DNA of 39,866 nt from Eubacteriales bacterium (GCA_045629985.1 JAZQSI010000136.1:1-39866); one strand, 5' to 3'; shown: positions 16,392 to 25,574, numbered from the stretch's first letter. The notes: generated by a model not told the origin, from the sequence alone. Made by a program: numbers and translations.

Positions 16392-16448
16392 CGAACCTGC
16401 GGCCTGATGGTCCCAAACCACCCGCGCTACCAGCTGCGCCACACCCCG
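16373..16448 (-). tRNA. tRNA-Pro (anticodon UGG), CCA encoded
   Basis: Manual cloverleaf: acceptor CGGGGTG/CACTCCG, D arm GCGC-AGCTGGTA-GCGC, anticodon arm GGTGG-TTTGGGA-CCATC with G37, T arm GCAGG-TTCGAGC-CCTGT, discriminator A, then CCA. Confidence 0.9.
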
Positions 16449-16471
16449 ATATTCATTTAAAACGCTCTATT

Positions 16472-16501
16472 ATTATAATATACGGCACACCGTTTTGTCA
16501 A
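16472..16501 (-). promoter_or_regulatory. Putative sigma-A promoter for tRNA-Pro
   Basis: On the minus strand, TTGACA (16501-16496), 18 nt spacer, TATAAT (16477-16472), about 20 nt upstream of the mature 5' end. Confidence 0.5.
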
Positions 16502-16508
16502 CTCAAAT

Positions 16509-16535
16509 ATCGGGAGTGGTTTTCCCACTCCCGAT
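16509..16535 (-). terminator. Hairpin terminator after the SLH-domain gene
   Basis: 11-bp stem ATCGGGAGTGG / CCACTCCCGAT. The downstream T-tract is weak. Confidence 0.5.
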
Positions 16536-16542
16536 AAGCTTT

Positions 16543-17676
16543 TTATCTTCCTAAAAATTCGTTTGCCGCATCTCCGTCAACCGCGCCGTTTGCAACAAGC
16601 TTTGAAAGAAGCGTCCTGTTGCTTCCCTTTACCTTTGCCGACATCGCAAGATAGGATATGTGCATAACGTGATCTCGGCGGAATTCACTTGAGTAAAGCT
16701 CTGACGCGGTACTCTGAGGGATAACCCCAAGCCTTACTGCATCGTCGATTGCCGATGCATATTTGAAATCTCCCGCTTCTTCACTATATCCAAGGCTTCT
16801 CAAAATAAACGTCATATACTGTATCGATGTTGTCATTTCGCTTCCGCCATAACGAGTGTTCGAAACGCCCTTTGTATATCCCATACGGTAGGCATATCCG
16901 ACATAGCGTTTTGCCCATGCATCAACATCCGTAAACGGATGATAATGCTCCGCCATAAGAGCGTTTTCCTCTTCACCGAGGAGACGAATAAGCATAGTTA
17001 TGCTCTCTGCACGCGTGTTTCCGCGGTAGAGCTCCATACCGTCCGCCGCGCCCCTTACAAGGCCAAGTTTTTTGAGCGCATACGCCTCGTCGGAATATTT
17101 CGGCTTGTATGAAGAAACAGAATAAACACCGTCTATCAATACATCTGCATCCTTCGTTATAATCTCGATGCTTCCGCCATTTTCCGGGAACATATACTTC
17201 GTATTGTTTCCAATGCCGCAGGGGGAGGATGCTTCAATGCCCTTGGTTATATTGATAACCTTTCCGGATGTGCATCTCACATATCCGGATTTGACTGTGA
17301 AGATCATGCCCTGTCTGCCGGAAATGACATCTCCCGATATGAACTTCTTCAATTTTGCCGAAGAGGTCGAATAAAGGTACTTTCCCTCGCTCTGCAGTGA
17401 ATCTAACACCTCGTCTGCAAGTGCATCGGCATAAATCTCGTCATTGTACGAAATCTTCACAGCGTCTGAGGCTTTTTCGATATATTTATTTTTAAAAGAC
17501 GTTACCGCACTGTCCACCCTTGTCTCAATCTCCGAAATCATACTGTCGAAAAATTTGACATCGACATAGGATTTCGAGACGAGCGGATCTGACGGTGTGC
17601 CCCCCGTTGCAGTTGCCGCGATAAGAAGAGACGCAACAAGCAGTATGGCAAGGGCCGTTATTTTCGCCTTCCTCAT
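16543..17676 (-). CDS. Secreted protein with C-terminal SLH-like (S-layer homology) repeats
   Basis: Signal peptide MRKAKITALAILLVASLLIAATA. C-terminal repeats are of the FTDV..WA..YV..A...G type, for example HPFTDVDAWAKRYVGYAYRMGYTKG. Confidence 0.7.
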   Translation of the reverse strand: MRKAKITALAILLVASLLIAATATGGTPSDPLVSKSYVDVKFFDSMISEIETRVDSAVTSFKNKYIEKASDAVKISYNDEIYADALADEVLDSLQSEGKYLYSTSSAKLKKFISGDVISGRQGMIFTVKSGYVRCTSGKVINITKGIEASSPCGIGNNTKYMFPENGGSIEIITKDADVLIDGVYSVSSYKPKYSDEAYALKKLGLVRGAADGMELYRGNTRAESITMLIRLLGEEENALMAEHYHPFTDVDAWAKRYVGYAYRMGYTKGVSNTRYGGSEMTTSIQYMTFILRSLGYSEEAGDFKYASAIDDAVRLGVIPQSTASELYSSEFRRDHVMHISYLAMSAKVKGSNRTLLSKLVANGAVDGDAANEFLGR

Positions 17677-17694
17677 AGAACTGTTCTCCTGAAA

Positions 17695-18321
17695 TTATTT
17701 TGAAATCTCGTAGCAGAGAGTCTTTAGGCTATCTGCAAAATGAACATTCTCCACAGCAACGCCCAGCTCTTCGAGAGACAGGTCGATATTGGTGAAGTTC
17801 CAAATTCCCGAAACGCCAAGCTCGGAAACTTTTTTTGCCATATCTTTTACATACGCCTTTGGAAGAGTGAGTACTGCAACGTCAAACGGAGACTCGTGGA
17901 AGAAGCTCTCAAGCTCTGCAATATCACGCACCTTGACATTCCCCACAGTTTCTCCTATTACATTGGCGCTCGCATCGAACGCGGCAACAAGCTCAAATCC
18001 GCAATTTACGAAGTTGAAGTTGTGCATAAGCGCACGACCGAGATTTCCCACGCCGATTATTGCGGCTGTATGCTTCTTGTCAATGCCGATTATTCCCGCA
18101 ATCTCCGCAAGAAGGCTCGAAACGTTATATCCGTAGCCCTGTTGGCCGAAACCGCCGAAGCATGAAAAATCCTGCCTTACCTGCGATGCAGTAAAACCGA
18201 GATTATTCGCAAGCACACTTGATGAAACCTTATCCACGCCTGCCTTCTCGAGCTCTCTCAAGCATCTGTGGTATTTCGGAAGTCTTCGTATTACGGAAGC
18301 CGAAATATATCTTTCGTGCAT
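17695..18321 (-). CDS. rex: Redox-sensing transcriptional repressor Rex
   Basis: RRLPKYHRCL...SSS.LA...G.TASQVRQDFSCFGGFGQQGYGYNV, plus the Rossmann motif IIGVGNLGRAL. Confidence 0.9.
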   Translation of the reverse strand: MHERYISASVIRRLPKYHRCLRELEKAGVDKVSSSVLANNLGFTASQVRQDFSCFGGFGQQGYGYNVSSLLAEIAGIIGIDKKHTAAIIGVGNLGRALMHNFNFVNCGFELVAAFDASANVIGETVGNVKVRDIAELESFFHESPFDVAVLTLPKAYVKDMAKKVSELGVSGIWNFTNIDLSLEELGVAVENVHFADSLKTLCYEISK

Positions 18322-18334
18322 TTAAAAACTCTCC

Positions 18335-19474
18335 TTAAAGCTTAGAAATTACGTAGTCTGCAAATTCTGCGCATGTTGCGCCGTCGCTTCTTCCCGTGAT
18401 GTGAAGTTTCTTTTCTTCGTACATACAAATATCAAGAGCATTTGCAAGCTTTACGGAAAGCTCAACTTCTCCGATATGCTCAAGAAGCATTACCGCCGCA
18501 CGGAGCATACTGCACGGATCGGCATATTTATCTCTTCCCTCTGCAACCATTCTCGGAGCAGAGCCATGGATTGCTTCAAACATAGCATAACGCTTACCTA
18601 CGTTTGCACTGCCTGCCGTTCCTACACCGCCCTGGAACTCTGCAGCTTCGTCAGTGAGGATGTCGCCGTAGAGGTTCGGGAGCACCATAACCTGGAAGTC
18701 GCGGCGGCGCTTTGTGTCAACGAGTTTTGCTGTCATGATATCTATGTACCAGTCATCAAATGCGATATCGGGATACTTTGCAGCAACTCTCTTGCAGGCA
18801 TCAAGGAACTTACCATCAGTTGTCTTGATGACGTTTGCCTTTGTAACTGCTGTTACGCGGCTCTTTCCCATCTTCTCTGCATATGAAAAAGCAAGCTCTG
18901 CGATTCTATCGCAGCCTTGAGTTGTAGCGACCGTAAAGTCAATTGCGAGATCGGGAGTAACGTTTACGCCCATGCTTCCGACAGCGTATCCGCCCTCGGT
19001 GTTCTCGCGGAAGAACATCCAGTCAATGCCCTCGCTCGGAACTTTTACGGGACGCATATTAGCGAAAAGGTCAAGTTCTTTTCTCATTGCAACGTTTGCA
19101 GACTCAATGTTCGGCCATGGATCGCCGGCACGCGGTGTAGTTGTCGGGCCCTTGAGGATAACATGGCAAGCCTTGAGTTCTTCAAGGACATCATCCGGAA
19201 TAGCCTTGTTTGCCGCTACGCGGTTTTCGATTGTGAGACCGTCAATAACACGAAACTCAATCTTTCCCGCATCCACCTTATCCTTGAGGAGCTGCTCAAG
19301 AACGCGGTGAGCCTGCTCAGTGATTGCAGGGCCGATTCCGTCACCGCCACAGACGCCGATGATAATTTTCGGGAGCGTCTTGTAGTCGATGAACTCATTC
19401 TCCTTCTTCATCGCCTCAACTCGCTTGAGCTGAAGTTCAATAATCTTTTCAAACTGCTTCATTGTGTTTTCCAT
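18335..19474 (-). CDS. Isocitrate/isopropylmalate dehydrogenase family protein (probably NAD(P)-dependent isocitrate dehydrogenase)
   Basis: GGDGIGPAI and NLYGDILTDEAAEFQGGVGTAGSANVG signatures. I chose the ATG at 19474 because AAAGGAGAG lies upstream. The track's longer N-terminus (to 19564) looks non-coding. Confidence 0.85.
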   Translation of the reverse strand: MENTMKQFEKIIELQLKRVEAMKKENEFIDYKTLPKIIIGVCGGDGIGPAITEQAHRVLEQLLKDKVDAGKIEFRVIDGLTIENRVAANKAIPDDVLEELKACHVILKGPTTTPRAGDPWPNIESANVAMRKELDLFANMRPVKVPSEGIDWMFFRENTEGGYAVGSMGVNVTPDLAIDFTVATTQGCDRIAELAFSYAEKMGKSRVTAVTKANVIKTTDGKFLDACKRVAAKYPDIAFDDWYIDIMTAKLVDTKRRRDFQVMVLPNLYGDILTDEAAEFQGGVGTAGSANVGKRYAMFEAIHGSAPRMVAEGRDKYADPCSMLRAAVMLLEHIGEVELSVKLANALDICMYEEKKLHITGRSDGATCAEFADYVISKL

Positions 19475-19496
19475 TGTAAATCTCTCCTTTTGAATA

Positions 19497-19525
19497 ATTT
19501 TAATATATCCGAGCTTCTTTGTCAA
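19497..19525 (-). promoter_or_regulatory. Putative sigma-A promoter of the icd-rex-SLH unit
   Basis: On the minus strand, TTGACA (19525-19520), 17 nt spacer, TAAAAT (19502-19497). The palindrome ACTTTT-CAGA-AAAAGT (19525-19540) abuts the -35. Confidence 0.55.
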
Positions 19526-19798
19526 CTTTTCAGAAAAAGTATAAAAGTGTTTTTTTCGTAACATTATTACAGTTCGTAATCACTCTTATCCATGATTTGC
19601 CAGGTGTCGAAAAAGCGCGTTTTCCGTGAAACTTTTCGTCACATTTCAGAGCGTTTTTCCACCTTCCAAACTTTTCCAAAAGCGTCTGAAAGCCATATAT
19701 ACTGCCATTAATTTGCTCCCCGAAAATTTGTGTCATGAGGTTTATTTTTAACCTTGTCAGTTTACGTAAAATTTTATGATAATTAGTTTTACAAACAG

Positions 19799-19828
19799 TT
19801 ATCCACATTTTCCACAAGTTTTTCCACA
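19799..19828 (+). promoter_or_regulatory. Three head-to-tail DnaA boxes
   Basis: TTATCCACA (19799-19807) is a perfect consensus box. TTTTCCACA occurs at 19808-19816 and again at 19820-19828. Weaker same-orientation boxes lie at 19586, 19655 and 19672. Confidence 0.6.
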
Positions 19829-19954
19829 AGGCTCAATCGCTTTGTTTTCAAGGGCTTCGCGGATTTTTTACATTTTTTGTTAACTCTCCAATCGCGATTT
19901 GCACAAATCTCTGCAACGGCTATTGAGTTTACATAATTCTGACAAATTTTGTTC

Positions 19955-20983
19955 TTAAAAATCGATTGGTAACGTTGCCTTGGCGTTTAAGTCGCTTTTT
20001 GCGACATTTCCGCGTAAAAACTCATAATATGCCTGAGATGCTATCATTGCACCATTGTCTCCACACAGGGACAGTGGTGGGAAGAACAGCTCAATTTCGG
20101 AACTTTTTGCCTCATTTTGGAGCCTTGCGCGGAGAAATGAATTCGCCGCAACTCCACCCGCTATCGCTATCTTTTTTCTTCCTGCTCGCTTCGCCGCCTC
20201 GAAAGTTCTGGGAACTAAAGCATCACATACAGCCTCGCAGAATGACGCCGCAAGAGATGCGCGGTCTATCTCCTCGCCCTTTTGCTCCGCCTTGTGAGCA
20301 AGGTTTATAACAGCTGTTTTGAGTCCGGAGAAAGACATATCAAGCTCCGCACCGTCAATATGTGCACGCGGAAGCTTATATTTATTCTTATCTCCGCGTT
20401 TAGCAAGCTCGTCTATCTTTGCGCCACCCGGATATCCCGCCCCGAGAACGCGGGCGCACTTGTCAAACGCCTCACCTGCCGCATCGTCACGCGTTGAGCC
20501 GAGGATTTTAAACTCGGTGTATGAAATTACATCCACTAAAAGCGTATGTCCGCCCGATACAACAAGAGCGAGAAACGGCGGCTCAAGTTCGGGAAACGCA
20601 AGGTAGTTTGCCGCGATATGCCCACGAATGTGGTGAACGGGTATAAGCGGTTTTCCAAGCGAAAACGCAAGAGCCTTTGCAAACCCGACACCAACAAGAA
20701 GAGCGCCTATAAGACCCGGTGCATATGTAACCGCAACGGCATCAATATCGTCCTTTGTAAGTCCTGCATCAGAGAAAGCCTTATCCGTAAGCGAGCTTAT
20801 GCACTCAATATGCTTTCTCGACGCAATTTCAGGGACAACACCGCCATAGAGCGCGTGCATATCTGCCTGCGAGAGAATTGCATTTGAAAGAATTTTTCTT
20901 CCGTCCTCCACGATGCTTACCGCGGTCTCATCACACGAACTTTCTATTGCAAGAATTTTCACGTCTTTATCCTTTCCGCACAA
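19955..20983 (-). CDS. tsaD: tRNA N6-adenosine threonylcarbamoyltransferase TsaD (Gcp/Kae1)
   Basis: KILAIESSCDETAVSIV...HHIRGHI...VSGGHT... The start is TTG 20983, or more likely GTG 20962. Confidence 0.9.
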   Translation of the reverse strand: MCGKDKDVKILAIESSCDETAVSIVEDGRKILSNAILSQADMHALYGGVVPEIASRKHIECISSLTDKAFSDAGLTKDDIDAVAVTYAPGLIGALLVGVGFAKALAFSLGKPLIPVHHIRGHIAANYLAFPELEPPFLALVVSGGHTLLVDVISYTEFKILGSTRDDAAGEAFDKCARVLGAGYPGGAKIDELAKRGDKNKYKLPRAHIDGAELDMSFSGLKTAVINLAHKAEQKGEEIDRASLAASFCEAVCDALVPRTFEAAKRAGRKKIAIAGGVAANSFLRARLQNEAKSSEIELFFPPLSLCGDNGAMIASQAYYEFLRGNVAKSDLNAKATLPIDF

Positions 20984-20989
20984 CCGAGG

Positions 20990-21436
20990 TTATGCCTTCT
21001 GTCTATCAATATAATATGTCATAAGTTCTGCCGCTTCTTCAGGGTCTCTGTAAAACCTCGGCCGTCTGCCGACTTTTTCAAATCCGAGCGACGAATAGAG
21101 TGCTATCGCACCCGTGTTTGACTCTCTTACCTCAAGTGTCCAGAACGAGAGCGAAAGCTCTCTCCCGCGCGCTATGAGCTCTTTAATAAGCGCACGTCCT
21201 ATACCGTGGCGGCGCATTTCAGGCGCAACCGCAACGTTTGTTATGTACCCCTCGGGGTGGCAGTAATACGAGCCGATATATCCGACAATCTTTCCCTCTT
21301 CCTCGGCGACGAGAAAAACGCTGTCACCCTGCATCGTCTCCGTTATCGCTTTTTCGCTCCACGGAACCGAAAAACATAGCTTTTCGAGCGCGGCGATATC
21401 TCCCGCGTGCCCAAGGTTTGCATCAACTATCTTCAT
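20990..21436 (-). CDS. rimI: Ribosomal-protein-alanine N-acetyltransferase RimI (GNAT)
   Basis: GNAT motif ITNVAVAPEMRRHGIGRALI. The ATG at 21436 lies 1 nt after the polA stop. The track's extension to 21643 overlaps polA and is rejected. Confidence 0.85.
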   Translation of the reverse strand: MKIVDANLGHAGDIAALEKLCFSVPWSEKAITETMQGDSVFLVAEEEGKIVGYIGSYYCHPEGYITNVAVAPEMRRHGIGRALIKELIARGRELSLSFWTLEVRESNTGAIALYSSLGFEKVGRRPRFYRDPEEAAELMTYYIDRQKA

Positions 21437-21437
21437 A

Positions 21438-24092
21438 TTACTTCTTTGCCTCATACCAGGTCTCACCAACACCTGCATCTGCACGGAGCGGAACAAGAAG
21501 CTCGCATGCCTTCTCCATTTCCTCCGTGAGGATTTTTGCCGCCGCCTCTGCATCTTTCTTCGATGCTTCAACAACAAGTTCGTCGTGCACCTGAAGCACG
21601 AGCTTTGCGTCAAGACCACTCTCCGCAAGGCTCTTCGCAACATTTATCATAGCTATCTTTATTATATCCGCCGCTGAACCCTGAATGGGGGCATTGAGCG
21701 CAACGCGTTCGCCAAACGAGCGGATGTTGAAGTTTTTGGAGCTTATTTCGGGGATATATCTACGTCTGCCGAACATCGTTGTAACAAAGCCGTCTTTCTT
21801 CGCCTTTTCAACGATATTCTTCATATATTCACGTACTCCCGAGAAGCGCTCAAGATACGCATCCATATATCTCTTCGCCTCGGCTCGCGTTACCCCGATG
21901 TCGCCGGCAAGCGAGAAATCTGATATTCCGTAAACGATGCCGAAGTTTACAGCCTTTGAAACTCTTCGCATCTCGGGCGTTACCTCTGACGCGGGAACAC
22001 CGAAAACATGGGATGCAGTTTCAGTATGAATATCCGCGCCTTCCGTAAACGCTCGGCACATCTCCGCATCATTTGTTATGTGGGCAAGCACTCGAAGCTC
22101 TATCTGCGAATAGTCCGCATCTATGAGCACGCAGTCGTCCGACGTCGGAACGAACATCTTTCTTACCTCACCGCCGGGCTCCGATCGAATCGGGATGTTC
22201 TGGAGATTCGGATCGGTTGAGCTTATTCTGCCCGTTGCCGTCACCATCTGCTGGTAGGTAGTATGAATCTTTCCGTCCGCATCTGAAATGAAGCGAAGGA
22301 GACCGTCAGCATAGGTAGATTTCAGCTTTGTATATTTTCTGTAGTCCAGAATCAGCGGTATGATTTCGTGTCGTGCCGCAAGCTTTTCAAGAACCTCGGC
22401 ATCTGTTGAATACCCTGTTTTGGTCTTTTTTATTGGCGGTATGCCAAGTTTTTCGAAAAGAACTTCTCCAAGCTGTTTCGGAGAAAGAATATTAAACTGC
22501 TCACCCGCAAGAGAATAAATCGCAGCCGAAAGGCGGTCAATCTCTTCGGATAGCTTGTCACCAAAGTCGCGGAGCTCTTTTGAATCTACTTTTATTCCCG
22601 TTTTTTCCATATCTTCAAGAACATCGGTAAACGGAGCTTCTATCTCAAAATAGAGCTTTTCCATACCCGTCTCCGCAAGCTTTGCTCTCATTTCCTTTTC
22701 CATCCCCGCAAGCGCTGTTGCGCAAGCAGCAAGAGCAGACAGGCCCTCGTCACTTCCCATAAGCGGAGAGAAATTTGAAACATCAGATGCGCGTTCAAAG
22801 TCTGCATCAAGATCGAGACCAAACATATGAGACACAGACACGAGGTCATATCTCTTCCTTGATGGGTCGAGAACATACGCCGCAAGCGCAGTATCGAAAA
22901 CTACGTTTTCGCACGCAATACCCTCGCCAAGAAGCTCACGTGCAAGAGCTTTCTTATCGTGGAGCGTCTTTACTGTCGCATCCGAGAAAAGGAACTTCAT
23001 AAAGTCAAGAAAAACATCCTCGCCGCAATCGGAGCGCGAGATTTTATATAACTTACCGTCACACACGACCGCCGCGCCCATAAAACCCTCCGCCGTAGCT
23101 ACGGCGCAAGCTTTCCCTGAAGATGCCCTTTTGAAGTTTTCCACTTCCTCAACGCTTTTTAAGGTAATTTCTTCGTATTTTTCAAGTGCTTCCGATGCTA
23201 CCTTCTCCCCTTTTTCGGGAAGCTTAAGCTCAAGTTTCGTTATATAGCTTTTAAACTCAAGGCGCGTAAAGAGCGCATAGAGCTTATCGTTGTCAACATC
23301 ACGTATTTTTGCCGCATCGGCCACAAAGTCAATCGGCGCCTCGGTTGAAATCGTACCGAGCCATTTTGAGAGATATGCAGACTCCTTGCCCTCAATCAAT
23401 TTTTTTCGCACTGAATCGCGGATGTCGGGAGAATCAATCTTCTCATAGATAGAATCAAGGTCTCCAAACTTTGATACGAGATCAGTCGCTGTCTTTTCTC
23501 CGATACCGGGTACACCGGGGATATTGTCGGAAGAGTCTCCCATAAGTGCTTTGAGGTCACGCATCTGTTCAGGTGGAAGACCATACTTCATAAGAAGTTC
23601 TGCTCCGTTATAGAGAGTTGTTAGTGTTTTTCCCATCTTTGACGAAACGAGAAGAACGCTTGTTCCGTCATTCTCAATAAGCTGGAAGCTGTCGCGATCT
23701 CCCGTTACGATGACGCACTCATCGCCCTTCTCCGCGCAGATGCGGCTCACGGTGCCGATAATATCGTCTGCCTCAAAGCCCTCACACTCAATGCGCATTA
23801 TGTTCATCGCATCAAGAACCTCTTTAAGCGGCTCCATCTGCTCGGCAAGCTCATCGGGCATGCCCTTTCGATTTGCCTTATAGCCTTCGTACTTCAGATG
23901 GCGAAAGGTTGGCTTTCGAAGGTCAAACGCAACGCATACGCCATCGGGGTTTACTTCGTCCAATATCTTAAAATAGATAGAGAGAAAGCCGTAAATTGCA
24001 TTAGTATTAAGCCCCTCTGCATTCGTAAGCGTACGGATGCCGTAAAAGGCGCGGTTTACTATGCTGTTGCCGTCTATTACCATTATTTTCAT
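21438..24092 (-). CDS. polA: DNA polymerase I
   Basis: The 5'-nuclease N-terminus MKIMVIDGNSIVNRAFYG and the polymerase motifs DYSQIELRVLAH and QVHDELV are present. The start is set at ATG 24092, with a GAGGGG RBS. Confidence 0.9.
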   Translation of the reverse strand: MKIMVIDGNSIVNRAFYGIRTLTNAEGLNTNAIYGFLSIYFKILDEVNPDGVCVAFDLRKPTFRHLKYEGYKANRKGMPDELAEQMEPLKEVLDAMNIMRIECEGFEADDIIGTVSRICAEKGDECVIVTGDRDSFQLIENDGTSVLLVSSKMGKTLTTLYNGAELLMKYGLPPEQMRDLKALMGDSSDNIPGVPGIGEKTATDLVSKFGDLDSIYEKIDSPDIRDSVRKKLIEGKESAYLSKWLGTISTEAPIDFVADAAKIRDVDNDKLYALFTRLEFKSYITKLELKLPEKGEKVASEALEKYEEITLKSVEEVENFKRASSGKACAVATAEGFMGAAVVCDGKLYKISRSDCGEDVFLDFMKFLFSDATVKTLHDKKALARELLGEGIACENVVFDTALAAYVLDPSRKRYDLVSVSHMFGLDLDADFERASDVSNFSPLMGSDEGLSALAACATALAGMEKEMRAKLAETGMEKLYFEIEAPFTDVLEDMEKTGIKVDSKELRDFGDKLSEEIDRLSAAIYSLAGEQFNILSPKQLGEVLFEKLGIPPIKKTKTGYSTDAEVLEKLAARHEIIPLILDYRKYTKLKSTYADGLLRFISDADGKIHTTYQQMVTATGRISSTDPNLQNIPIRSEPGGEVRKMFVPTSDDCVLIDADYSQIELRVLAHITNDAEMCRAFTEGADIHTETASHVFGVPASEVTPEMRRVSKAVNFGIVYGISDFSLAGDIGVTRAEAKRYMDAYLERFSGVREYMKNIVEKAKKDGFVTTMFGRRRYIPEISSKNFNIRSFGERVALNAPIQGSAADIIKIAMINVAKSLAESGLDAKLVLQVHDELVVEASKKDAEAAAKILTEEMEKACELLVPLRADAGVGETWYEAKK

Positions 24093-24121
24093 ACAGATTC
24101 CCCTCTGCTTATACCAAAGTC

Positions 24122-24144
24122 GGGCGGAGATACAGTCTCCGCCC
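24122..24144 (-). other. GC-rich stem-loop between cysS and polA
   Basis: GGGCGGAGA-TACAG-TCTCCGCCC, a perfect 9-bp stem. No U-tract follows on the minus strand. Confidence 0.4.
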
Positions 24145-24157
24145 TCCAATGTTCAAA

Positions 24158-25555
24158 TTAAGCCTTGTGCCATTTTACACCCTGCGGTGTGTCTTCAAGT
24201 ATTATGCCCATTCCCTGAAGCTCATCACGGATTCTGTCTGCCTCAGCAAAGTTTCTTTCCTTTCTTGCCGCCTGACGAGCTTCAATCATAGCCTCAATTT
24301 CAGCGTCAAGCGATGCTTCTTCCTTCTTCTCGATGATTCCGAGAACATCACAAAGCTCGCGTACACGAGAGAGGCATTCACTCGCAAGAGCCGCCTTTGC
24401 ATTATCCGCAAGAGCCGTGTTGACATCGCGGACGAGTTCGAAGATAGCCGCGATTGCATCTGCCGTGTTTATATCGTCATCCATTGCGGCGATGAACTTT
24501 TCTCTGTACTTGTCAAAGCCTGCGAGAAGCTTCTTTTCTTCATCCCCAAGAGCTGCCCCATCGCCGTTTTTAGCGATAAATTCCATATTACTCTCTGCAT
24601 TATGGAGACGTTCAAGTGCCGCCTTTGCCTGCATAAGAGACTCTTCGGAATAGTTAATCGGACTGCGGTAATGTGCCGAAAGCATAAAGAAGCGGATTGC
24701 TTCATATCCGTAAACTTTTGCCGCATCACGGACAGTGAAGAAGTTTCCGAGAGATTTCGACATCTTCTTGTTGTCGATGTTGAGGAATGCATTATGGAGC
24801 CAATAGTTTGCAAACGGGCAACCGTTTGCCGCCTCGCTCTGTGCGATTTCGTTTTCGTGGTGCGGGAAAGTGAGGTCAACACCGCCGCTGTGGATGTCTA
24901 TCGTCTTACCGAGGTAGCGGTTTGCCATCGCACTGCACTCAATATGCCAGCCGGGACGGCCATTGCCCCACGGTGACTCCCAGTACGGCTCACCCGGCTT
25001 TGCAGCTTTCCAGAGTGCAAAGTCAGTTGCATCTTCTTTCTTCTCGCCGACGGAGATTCTTGCACCTGCAACGAGGTCCTCAAGTGGCTGTTTTGAAAGC
25101 TTGCCGTATTCCTTGAACTTGAGAGCGCGGAAATAAACGTCGCCCTCCGACTCGTATGCAAAACCCTTATCAACAAGAGTTTTTACAATCTCAATGATAG
25201 CGTCAATATTTTCTGTTGCGCGCGGATGTACGGTTGCAGGATGAATTCCGAGACCCTTTGCATCAACAAAGTATTCCTCGATATACTTCTCTGCAACATC
25301 CTTGTAGGTAACACCCTCTTCATTTGCGCGGTTGATGACCTTATCGTCTATGTCCGTGAAGTTCTGAACAAACTTAACGTCAAGACCTCTGTATTCCATA
25401 TATCTGCGAAGAACGTCAAAAACGATAAAGGGGCGTGCATTTCCTATGTGGAAATAGTTATATACGGTAGGTCCGCATGAGTACATACGTACCTTTCCCT
25501 CTTCTATCGGTTTGAACTCTTCTTTCGTTCTCGTAAGTGAGTTAAAAAGTTTCAT
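24158..25555 (-). CDS. cysS: Cysteine--tRNA ligase
   Basis: [16 protein letters not shown] (HIGH motif), KMSKS and the WHIECS zinc site. The start is set at ATG 25555, with an AAAGGGA RBS. Confidence 0.9.
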   Translation of the reverse strand: MKLFNSLTRTKEEFKPIEEGKVRMYSCGPTVYNYFHIGNARPFIVFDVLRRYMEYRGLDVKFVQNFTDIDDKVINRANEEGVTYKDVAEKYIEEYFVDAKGLGIHPATVHPRATENIDAIIEIVKTLVDKGFAYESEGDVYFRALKFKEYGKLSKQPLEDLVAGARISVGEKKEDATDFALWKAAKPGEPYWESPWGNGRPGWHIECSAMANRYLGKTIDIHSGGVDLTFPHHENEIAQSEAANGCPFANYWLHNAFLNIDNKKMSKSLGNFFTVRDAAKVYGYEAIRFFMLSAHYRSPINYSEESLMQAKAALERLHNAESNMEFIAKNGDGAALGDEEKKLLAGFDKYREKFIAAMDDDINTADAIAAIFELVRDVNTALADNAKAALASECLSRVRELCDVLGIIEKKEEASLDAEIEAMIEARQAARKERNFAEADRIRDELQGMGIILEDTPQGVKWHKA

Positions 25556-25574
25556 ATGATTTTCCCTTTCAGTG

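Noticed and set aside
16119-16448. Integrated prophage or genomic island at tRNA-Pro.
   Set aside because: The duplicated tRNA 3' ends enclose only 128 nt. No integrase, excisionase or other mobile-element gene is present on either side within the window. It is therefore reported only as a possible scar or att-like structure.
16084-16460. ORFs of 61-100 aa across the tRNA-Pro / direct-repeat region (16084-16269, 16158-16460, 16162-16407, 16191-16442).
   Set aside because: They read through a tRNA gene, terminator hairpins and repeats. They have no RBS and their composition is implausible.
19626-19642. Candidate Rex operator GTGA-N9-TCAC (CCGTGAAACTTTTCGTCACAT) upstream of icd-rex.
   Set aside because: Only the 4-nt cores are palindromic. 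Their spacing is one nucleotide longer than in the TTGTGAA-N6-TTCACAA consensus, and the flanking positions do not match.
19530-19829. 99-aa minus-strand ORF in the tsaD-icd intergenic region (MWKNLWKMWIT...).
   Set aside because: Its N-terminus is simply the translation of the DnaA-box repeats. It has no RBS, and its 3' part overlaps the predicted icd promoter and the rejected icd extension.
19565-19954. Possibility that the DnaA-box region is the chromosomal origin (oriC).
   Set aside because: There is no dnaA, dnaN or rpmH nearby. Only three strong boxes are present and I could not identify a clear DnaA-trio or unwinding-element arrangement. An accessory DnaA-box cluster or regulatory site is more likely.
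21437-21643. N-terminal extension of rimI in the ORF track (217 aa), and similar 5' extensions of polA (to 24149), cysS (to 25687), icd (to 19564), DUF2974 (to 35737) and the zinc-ribbon gene (to 16018).
   Set aside because: The extensions overlap upstream genes or run through intergenic signals. They translate to low-complexity basic peptides and lack an RBS. In each case an internal ATG with a good Shine-Dalgarno gives the conserved family N-terminus.
24149-24976. 275-aa plus-strand ORF antisense to cysS. Similar long antisense ORFs occur at 26120-26980, 12668-13375, 18917-19561, 35216-35845, 39260-39832, 2366-2791 and 14569-15081.
   Set aside because: Each lies entirely inside a well-supported gene on the opposite strand. 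Their translations are Cys/Arg/Ser/Phe-rich with no recognisable domains or RBS. They are typical shadow ORFs.
25556-25574. T-box leader upstream of cysS.
   Set aside because: The gap to pgsA is only 19 nt, too short for a T-box, and no specifier or antiterminator sequences are present.
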